Source: Seison nebaliae (lineage: Eukaryota). From it: a stretch of 20,000 nucleotides of DNA. Position 1 is the first letter of the stretch; every line of letters begins with the position of its first letter. The notes beneath the pieces were generated by a model, which saw only the letters and a program-made list of their open reading frames with translations, made no database searches and was not told the DNA's origin. The position numbers were made by a program, and so were the translations under genes. Below, in pieces: positions 12,507 through 20,000 of this stretch. The stretch is taken from contig JALJEE010000449.1 of assembly GCA_023231475.1 (NCBI GenBank), forward strand, positions 57,269-77,268. The letters are read 5' to 3'.

Positions 12507-14951
12507 ATGAAAAATAAGTTTCGTAAAACAAAAAGGTTAAGTAGAAAACCGTCAAAAAACCAATTGCCCAGTCAACAAAAAACTAACTCATGGCATGAAC
12601 TTCGTCCAACTAATCAATGTCATCATTGTCATCGAGAAAAGAATTCGAAGAAATTGAGACCAGCGTCAGCTGCTCAAATACCAAAACTTCCACCGAGAGA
12701 AAATAGAAATAATAATTTTGAAAATTGTCGTTTGTTGAAAGATTTCGATAGTGTGAGAGAGGATGAAGAAGACGAACAATCGTCGTTTACCATGAGAGAT
12801 ATCGAAGCGTTGAAAGAAAAGAAATTGGATTCATTTCTCAATTTCATCTTTACTAATGATGGATCATCATTATCTTCTTTGTTCTCGTCACCCTCTACAA
12901 TCTCAGTAACATCGTCGAAAGTTGATGAAAGTGCGTCGTTCAATTGTTGTTCGAATAATCGGCATAATTTATCGTCGCCTACTTCCACCATCGACTATAC
13001 AACTACTCGACAAATGAATGATGGTCCATTAGATGTTTTCTTAGAAGATCTCTCAGAAAGTCATCTCGATTCTTCTACCAATGGGCTAATGTTGAAGATT
13101 TGTGCACAATATCACGAAGATTCGGAGACTTGTGCGGACGAGAATAATAATGATGAAAATGGTGAGGAAAGTGAAAGTGAAAGTGCCAACGAAGACGACG
13201 ACGACGACGATGATGATGATGAGAAAAATGCAACGAACATTTGTCAAAAAATTATTAGTTCGAATGATATTTCTATAAAAAAATCACAATCCTGTACTAT
13301 GTTCAATAACCAAATAAATCAATTCGATTTCAATTCAACAAGATTGGGAAATAACTTTTCTGCTCAAAATATAACGCCCTTCTCCCAAAACATTAACATG
13401 AATAACAGCGGTAAATCGGAGAATAACAATTTCCCCTTCCAGACGTTAAATTCATCGAACTGGAAAAACGATCTGACGAACGCGATGAAATTATCAGAAA
13501 ATAATAATTCAAAATCAAATCAACAAGATAAATCCGAATATTCTAACGATGAAAACGATGACGAAGAGAGTCGAGGAAATACAAACGATGTTTTATCATC
13601 AACGGAGAATGAGGATGATAATGAAAAACTGAAAATTTTATCAGTCGCTTTCGAAAATGAGATGGAGAAGAAAGGAAAGAAAGTGAAACAGGATCCGGCA
13701 ATGGCCGAGTTTAGTATTTGTACACAATCGCGAAAAGATAATGCCATGTACCCTCCACCACACGACGATGATTTACATTCGACGTTGAAAAAAATTTTGA
13801 ACGGAGATAACGATAAAAAAGTGCGGAAAGTATGCAACAATAATAATAGTAACAATGGAAAGAAGAAATCATTACAAAGGATTGTTTACGACGAAGAGGA
13901 TGACTCATCGGAATCGATTTTAAGTCCAATGAATATCGGCGAATTAAGTCGAATTATGAGATCGATAAATTATTTGAATACATCGAAGAAGAAACCGGTG
14001 AAAAGAGAGAATGAAAAGAAATTCCATAAAAATTATGGATTTCTTTTCGATAGTGATACAAGTGATTTCGGCAAATATCAGAAATCAGAATATATTCCGA
14101 AAAGGGATTTAAAATGTAAAAAATTGAAAAAAAATCATCCCGTTTCTCTGACCGATCAATTAGTTAATGTCGATGAAGAAGATGAACGTTCATTTAAAAT
14201 AACACAAAATATTTCCACTAATTTAATGGCACCAGAAGGAAACGGAGATTCCACCAACATGGCATTCTCGAATGAAATTAATTCGGCCGATCATTATGTT
14301 AATCCGTTTTTTGATGAAACGTTAAAAGATACTACAAACGAAGAACGAGAGAAAAAACGGTCAACAATAAAAATCCCGAAAACGATTAAGGAAAAAAATT
14401 CGAATTCAAAGAAGAAATCGGTTAAGAATTCTTTAGGAAATTTCGTATATGAACCGGTCATTTTATCGTTGGATAAATTATCGTTTTCTAACGGTCTATC
14501 GGAAAAAACGACTAATTCAATTCAACCGTCGAAACCGAACGATGACGGAATTGTCGATTACTTCCAGAAATATGTGAACAGTGGAAAAAAGAAAAGTAGA
14601 TCGAAAATATCTCAAAATGAGAAAAAAATTTCAAAATCGATATTGAGAACCACACACCAACCGCCCTTACCACCACACAACAAAGAGATATCGAACGATA
14701 ATTTCGAGGAGAAAAGGAACAAAGTGATTCCTCGTTTGAAACAACTGTTAACTCGTTTGAACAATTGTTGTCAAGCGACGAGTCATTTAATCATGACAAA
14801 ATCAGAACAAGAGAATTTGAGACGTACATCTGTCGAATTGAATATCTATGATAATGAGAATGTGAAGAATATACAAAGTGAAATCAATAATTGCGAGCAC
14901 TTGCTCCACGATGTTAAGAAGAAGCTGTGCATTGTTGCCAAATTGACATAA
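12507..14951 (+). CDS. Intronless 814-aa low-complexity (N/S/K/D/E-rich) protein of unknown function with possible C-terminal coiled coil
   Basis: 2445-nt stop-free frame in very AT-rich DNA; poly-Asp run near 13194-13220; basic clusters; AATAAA at 15007. Confidence 0.8.
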   Translation: MKNKFRKTKRLSRKPSKNQLPSQQKTNSWHELRPTNQCHHCHREKNSKKLRPASAAQIPKLPPRENRNNNFENCRLLKDFDSVREDEEDEQSSFTMRDIEALKEKKLDSFLNFIFTNDGSSLSSLFSSPSTISVTSSKVDESASFNCCSNNRHNLSSPTSTIDYTTTRQMNDGPLDVFLEDLSESHLDSSTNGLMLKICAQYHEDSETCADENNNDENGEESESESANEDDDDDDDDDEKNATNICQKIISSNDISIKKSQSCTMFNNQINQFDFNSTRLGNNFSAQNITPFSQNINMNNSGKSENNNFPFQTLNSSNWKNDLTNAMKLSENNNSKSNQQDKSEYSNDENDDEESRGNTNDVLSSTENEDDNEKLKILSVAFENEMEKKGKKVKQDPAMAEFSICTQSRKDNAMYPPPHDDDLHSTLKKILNGDNDKKVRKVCNNNNSNNGKKKSLQRIVYDEEDDSSESILSPMNIGELSRIMRSINYLNTSKKKPVKRENEKKFHKNYGFLFDSDTSDFGKYQKSEYIPKRDLKCKKLKKNHPVSLTDQLVNVDEEDERSFKITQNISTNLMAPEGNGDSTNMAFSNEINSADHYVNPFFDETLKDTTNEEREKKRSTIKIPKTIKEKNSNSKKKSVKNSLGNFVYEPVILSLDKLSFSNGLSEKTTNSIQPSKPNDDGIVDYFQKYVNSGKKKSRSKISQNEKKISKSILRTTHQPPLPPHNKEISNDNFEEKRNKVIPRLKQLLTRLNNCCQATSHLIMTKSEQENLRRTSVELNIYDNENVKNIQSEINNCEHLLHDVKKKLCIVAKLT

Positions 14952-14979
14952 TTCATTTTTCATCGATTTACCGCCTGCT

Positions 14980-15038
14980 CCACGTTGCTCTCATTTTCAT
15001 CGTAAAAATAAATTAAATTCCTCACAAACATATAAATT
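14980..15038 (+). promoter_or_regulatory. Putative promoter of cyclophilin 2: CCACGT at 14980, TATAAATT at 15031
   Basis: Mirrors spacing at cyclophilin 1; overlaps the presumed 3' UTR of the 814-aa gene. Confidence 0.4.
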
Positions 15039-15082
15039 GTGTGTTCGATTTCATTCCATTTTCATTCTTTTCCTTCCACAAT

Positions 15083-16030
15083 ATGATTCTTCTCACATTA
15101 ATCATCTGTATCCCAATTATTTGGTCAGTGGACGTCGACCAACTAATTGACGATGTTCATTATTCTTCTTTCTTAATCTACTTAATCTCATTTACTTGTC
15201 ATTTAGTATAAGAAATCGAATTATGACGGATACACGAAAAAGAGACCAACTGCCTCATCGAAAAATGTTCCGTTGGAAATTACTGACGTCGCCACTTGTA
15301 CAGTGGTGGCAACGAACATGTATGATTTGAAAGTGATTACAAAAGGCGAAGTTCAATTTGGAGTGTTCGGAAATGTCGTTCCAATTACCACTCTCAATTT
15401 CTTAATGTTAATGAAAGGAATTGAAATTAAAGGAGTTAAATTTTATTTTAAAAATTATCACAATTAATTAAAATAATTATTATTATATCTCATTAAATAA
15501 TTCCAGAATCATTATTCTTATGTCAATTCGACGTGTACGAAAATTATAAGAGATTTCTCAGTCACTTTCGGCAATCTCATGGACAAAGGCACTTATAGTA
15601 GTTGATAAAAATTTTTCGTATTTAAAATTTCATTTTTTTAGCATTCTCCATTTTCGGAGATAGTTTCATCGATGAGAATTATTATATTTCGCATGTGGCT
15701 GGTGGGTATTTATCTATGGCGAGTCAAGCGAATGATGAGAATCATTCGGAATTTTTCGTGTTGTTAGAACCGGCACGATGGATTGATAAACGCTATGTCT
15801 CTTTCGGCAAAGTGGTGAAGGGAATGGTTTTTTTGAATTGTCTATAAAATCTTTTTTTATCATTCGAAAAGAATTTCATTAAAAAATTGGGAGAATTACC
15901 ATTGAAAGGCGATATGGAACAAGGTCTTCCATTACCGAAAGTTGAATTCGAGTCATGTCAAGTGAAGAAATTGTCTAAAACAATCATTCTCAATGAGAAA
16001 CAGAAATATTCGGACAAAGATATTTTTTAA
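15083..16030 (+). CDS. Divergent secreted cyclophilin-like protein, probably PPIase-deficient, 5 exons, ~245 aa
   Basis: Exons 15083-15154, 15207-15434, 15507-15600, 15642-15826, 15872-16030; 94- and 185-nt exons match cyclophilin 1 exactly. Signal peptide [62 protein letters not shown]. Confidence 0.9.
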
Positions 16031-16052
16031 ATTATATTTCCATAATAAATTG

Positions 16053-17489
16053 TTAAATGAAAATTTTTGATAATCTCATCCAACTGGATTCGTATGTGGG
16101 AAGTGGTCTCAACAACTCTTCGATGAAGAAGTGAACGAGTGACCCGAAATGTAGTCGAAATATTTCATTCTGAAAATATGGTAATCGTTCGATTAATTTA
16201 CGGTAAGGGAAAATAGTTCGACGTAATCGAATAAAGTTGGAACAATAGGCCATTGGAATTAGAACGTATTTGAAGTGTTTGAAGAGGAGATGGAGGAGAA
16301 TGAGTAATAGATAACAAAAATCCATTTGTTGACAATGATTGATGATCATATTTGGCTGAATAACTTTTGGCTGAATAACTTTTCGCTTATCTTTCTCCAA
16401 TTGAGAATTATAAAAAAATGGAAATAATGCCAATTCGTTTGGTAGCATGTGTGTGATACTAATTCCCATATTGACGATTACCGGTACATGTAAATTTGTA
16501 CCAGCCAACAAGACATTATTCCCATGTAAATTACAATGTGATAAAGTGTAGGAATTGACTTTGAAAAACTGTGAAGTTTTACGAGAATTCAAATAAAAAT
16601 AATTTAAAAGTAACTGTGTCGGGTTTACCTCCGTGAGAATTGTAAGAAAAATGTAAAAGTTGAAGTTGTCGTAATATGAGAATGAAGTAACGAAGAATCA
16701 TTTTCAAATCATTATAATTATTCAAGTTGAACTGACTGAAAGTATTGGTGAATTTATGGGATGAGATCCAAGACTGTTCGATGCAGAAATTTTGTTTATT
16801 TTCGATAATTACTCCGCCTAAAGTTGAGTGAAAAAATCGTTTACTAAAACTTTCCATTTCATTCACAAACCTAATAGTTTCGTTATTTCTTTTCCTATCG
16901 GTAATTGCAATTTTCCATAAGAATTTAATTTATGATATTGGAGATTGGGCTCCGGTTCCTTTCTCAACGCTTCAATTGCACTCAATTCGTGTAAGAAATT
17001 ATATCTGGAAATTTTGACTTTTAAATTAAAATTAAAGTTCAAAATTTATATATATGAAATGATGAATACTTTTCAAAGTAGCCACTCTGGTTTGATCGAT
17101 GGCGAGTGTATAGACCATTCCATCGTTTATTGCCCATTTCAATATATCCTATTATACATATTATGAAATTATGAATGATGATAAATTTAATCGAAAACTA
17201 TGATCTTTCCTCCATTATACTCTCGGATAATACATTGTCCAATTTTTTTTATATTACAAAAAGGACTTTCTGGAATCATAGACAAATCGTAGGAAAGTGC
17301 AGGTTTATGTATGAAAATGTTAGCCGCTGCTACGGATCTGATAGTTGTGAATGTAGTAAGATTGTGATTAGCTTCTAGTAGATCTTCGCCCACTAAATAA
17401 TCATGACTGTAAACTGTAGGGAATTTAGTTTGGGACTCGATTTGAAAAATTCGAGCAAATAAAAACACAGTATATATTTCGAATTTCAT
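16053..17489 (-). CDS. Signal-peptide-bearing protein-kinase-fold protein, predicted pseudokinase, 5 exons, ~411 aa
   Basis: Exons 17489-17199, 17148-17070, 17017-16871, 16817-16615, 16568-16053 in one frame (last intron has an alternative in-frame parse). Ordered kinase-like motifs: NDGMVY, VATLK, FLHEL, EPNL, ILRQLQLLH, HCNLHGNNVLL, VIVNMGIS, DFCYLLLILLHLL. Confidence 0.75.
16351..16380. repeat. Exact 15-bp tandem duplication (KVIQP x2) inside the kinase-like CDS
   Basis: TTTGGCTGAATAACT twice. Confidence 0.9.
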
Positions 17490-18256
17490 TTACTAAAATA
17501 AATTAAAAGAAAGAAATGTTTGTGTATTTCATATCCGAATGACTTTTGAGTACTAAAGGTTTTTGATCATTATTATTGTTTTGATTCATTCAACTGTGAG
17601 AGGTGAACAATATTTGGGAATAGACGAAATATATTTCGTTCATCGTTTCAATTGAAACTATTTCAAGAAAGTTATTATTGGCCTAAGAAGATGTAAGATG
17701 TGAAGGAATTATGCAACGTGTGCCTTGTCGTAGTAACTGATGACATGTTTTCTCCCAACCAGGGATGTAGAATTAACTTCGTTTCTACATATCTGAACTT
17801 TCTTCCATGATAATTTTTCAAACTTACTGAAAATAATTTTTTTACAATTCTGTTACAAATTCAAAAAGTGCGCTATTCTCTCACTTAAATTATTGCTTAC
17901 AATATTAGCGTACATTATTACTTATCATTACCAATGTTGAATAAACAGAACTAACAGTTCCAAACAGTTTTAAGTCGGAGGAAATATATAATAGACAAAA
18001 ATAGGAGGAAAATATCATTATAGAAATAGCTAATTAGACAGAAGTTCTGAATGGAGTTCGGACCTTTTCAATTAAGTTTCTACTTCATTCCCATAATTTG
18101 GATTAAAAGAAAAAAAATTTTATTAAATGATTAAATTATAAAACAAAAAAATTTCTAATTTCTACCTAAAGAAATACGAAATTAGAAAAAATAAGATTAA
18201 TGCTTTGGAGATCGTCAATCAAATTCTCAGAGAATTTTACTTACAATTTTACTTTG

Positions 18257-19021
18257 TTAGTGCTCAATTTTTTGAATCGGTATATCTTTAGGAGTACCTT
18301 CGATGGATTGTTTGTTGTAGTTGGCAGTGATTGTCAATTGATGATTGGCTTCATCAAAATCGCATTTTAACGTGTCCAAATGTGTACCATTCGGTAGAGT
18401 GGTGGATTTCTGAAAAGAAGACGCCACGAAAGAATCGCCGTTATCGGACTCTTCCTTCTTCTTTCCTTTAACCGTCAGCTGATTGCCATTTACTTCAATA
18501 TTCATATCTTCTGGTTTGTATTTTCCTAAATCAATTGAACATTTCAGTTTATCTTCTTCCAATTTGGGATTGAGGAATCCTGAGTCCGAATTGTTAAAGA
18601 AGGAATCGAAACTTTTCAATTGATTGTCAATAGTTTTCACTATTGGCTTCTCCTCCACAATGTATGGAGCGAAAATCAATACAGTATTATTCGATTGAAC
18701 TTTGTATTTAAACTTGCTAACATCGATATCTTTGGGGAGATCGACCACTTTTGAAAATGAGTGATGATGAAAATTGTTGGAATCACCATCTCGTTCTTCT
18801 GCTTCTACCTGTAATTTATTCGGACCTCTTTGAGTTACTCGTACACTTCCTCGTTGGTACCGGTGACCGTCTAATTTGACGACAATACGATAAACATTTC
18901 TGTTCGGATTACGAGCTTCATTTGAGAAAGTTAATGGGCAACCAAAATCTCCAAAAAAGTTCCAATCGTCTTCCTGGAAAAATGAATCATATGGTCTAGG
19001 CATCCATGTTACAGGCCACAT
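18257..19021 (-). CDS. Small heat shock protein with two alpha-crystallin domains (p40/Tsp36-like architecture), intronless, 254 aa
   Basis: Start MWPVTWMP; domain 1 ...FSKVVDLPKDID...NNTVLIFAP; domain 2 DLGKYKPEDMNIEVNGNQLTVKGK...SFQKSTTLP...HQLTITA; C-terminal IPI motif. Confidence 0.92.
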   Translation of the reverse strand: MWPVTWMPRPYDSFFQEDDWNFFGDFGCPLTFSNEARNPNRNVYRIVVKLDGHRYQRGSVRVTQRGPNKLQVEAEERDGDSNNFHHHSFSKVVDLPKDIDVSKFKYKVQSNNTVLIFAPYIVEEKPIVKTIDNQLKSFDSFFNNSDSGFLNPKLEEDKLKCSIDLGKYKPEDMNIEVNGNQLTVKGKKKEESDNGDSFVASSFQKSTTLPNGTHLDTLKCDFDEANHQLTITANYNKQSIEGTPKDIPIQKIEH

Positions 19022-19123
19022 CGTTCGCTGAATATTAATGATACTAGAGAAAGTTATAAAACTATAAAAATGAATTTTAATTTTAGTTTTCAATATAAAT
19101 TTCCTCGATCTTATCAAGTTCTA

Positions 19124-19219
19124 TTTATATACGGCTCTGTAAAATTTTCTAGAAAATGCTGGTGTTTTCTCTTTGAATTATCTGTTTTTCGAACATTGTC
19201 GAACATTCTCGAATATTCT
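19124..19219 (-). promoter_or_regulatory. sHSP promoter: TATA box and heat-shock elements
   Basis: TATATAAA on minus strand (19124-19131); TTCtaGAA at 19147-19154; six alternating nGAAn/nTTCn units cGAAcaTTGtcGAAcaTTCtcGAAtaTTCt at 19190-19219 (one mismatch). Confidence 0.88.
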
Positions 19220-19481
19220 CTACCTCCATCCTCATTCTATAAAGAATATAAGCTGAAGTCATAATATATGACTCATATGGAATAACCTTGAAAATTATTT
19301 TTTTATTCGTTTCAATAAACCTTCTGTATCAGAACGAAATTAATAACATCTGATAGGTCCGTACTAAAAAATTTCCACAACAAACTATACGGAGATAGGA
19401 CAAAAGTAGAATTCCCTCTATTCTTTTTAAATTTTCCTTTTTTATACTTCATAAAAGATAAAATAAGTTTTATAACTTTAA

Positions 19482-20000
19482 ATTCTAATATTGGCAATTG
19501 AGAAAGTCTGCTCGGCAATTGGAAAGTCTTGGATTGATCATTTCCTTCTATCTAAAGATTTATGTAAGAATGTTAAAGAATGTATTATTTCTGACCAATT
19601 TATGCTCTCGGATCACTTCGCGTTAATCCTGAGGCTGAATGTGGAAGAAATGTGTGATATCGACGAGAATAAATCATTTCAGGTTCCGATATGTAAACAC
19701 CCGTCACGATTATCATCTGTAATTGAGGAGGTCAATAGCTATTCCTTTGCCTCCAGTCGGGAATTAATTGACAAACTATGTTCAACCGGTTCCTTCTGCA
19801 AGATGTATTCTCAGAGCCGTGGTCTTAACGATCGAAAAATTCCGAATTTTGGAACAATTCGTCATCTGAAGAGAGATATGATATGTGCAAATCGTCTTCA
19901 TTTGAGAGTGAAGTCAGATGAAAGTTTTACCATTAGAAAAACTGCTCGGAGAGACTTCCGTTATGCTGTTCGCGATTTACTTAGGAAAGCGGAGGAACAA
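19482..20000 (+). mobile_element. 5'-truncated non-LTR retrotransposon ORF2 fragment (C-terminal part of APE endonuclease plus linker), continues beyond the window
   Basis: 173 stop-free codons (absent from ORF track as no stop in window): KSWIDHFLLS (19524-), LSDHFAL (19605-), then helical basic linker ending RKTARRDFRYAVRDLLRK; intronless, visibly more GC-rich than flank; N-terminal APE motifs missing. Confidence 0.75.

Noticed and set aside
12298..13929. ORFs 12298-12510, 12674-12991, 13520-13855, 13711-13929
   Set aside because: T-rich intergenic frame or antisense shadows of the 814-aa ORF.
19022..19117. Longer 286-aa start for the sHSP
   Set aside because: Start lies only a few nt from the TATA box, upstream of the expected TSS; Met at 19021 preferred.
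19524..19620. Link between the SDH-containing frame and the DNase I gene (both EEP fold)
   Set aside because: IDH/SDH spacing, downstream linker, lack of introns and composition fit a retrotransposon APE; shared fold is coincidental.
1..20000. CRISPR arrays, tRNA/rRNA genes, prokaryotic operons
   Set aside because: No repeat-spacer structure or RNA-gene signature seen; sequence is intron-containing eukaryotic DNA.

Overview
Very AT-rich, gene-dense eukaryotic (probably invertebrate animal; inference) genomic window with short (mostly 40-62 nt) spliceosomal introns, so the ORF track is largely fragments and antisense shadows. Manual splicing gives: (1) a 23-exon, ~873-aa secreted protein of three tandem DNase I domains, the third apparently catalytically dead (6224-10117,+); (2) two secreted cyclophilin paralogs, one with an intact PPIase site (11248-12263,+) and one with a degenerate site (15083-16030,+), flanking an intronless 814-aa low-complexity ORF; (3) a signal-peptide-bearing kinase-fold protein with Asp->Asn at both the HxD and DFG positions (17489-16053,-); (4) an intronless two-alpha-crystallin-domain small HSP with TATA box and HSE array (19021-18257,-); (5) a 5'-truncated non-LTR retrotransposon (APE endonuclease C-terminus) running off the right edge. 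The first ~6 kb holds coding-like sequence that I could only partly resolve. Highlights are a cluster of secreted enzyme/pseudo-enzyme genes and an unusual splice code (28-30 of 33 donors begin GTT; frequent AAG acceptors). All motif calls are by eye; no database search was run.
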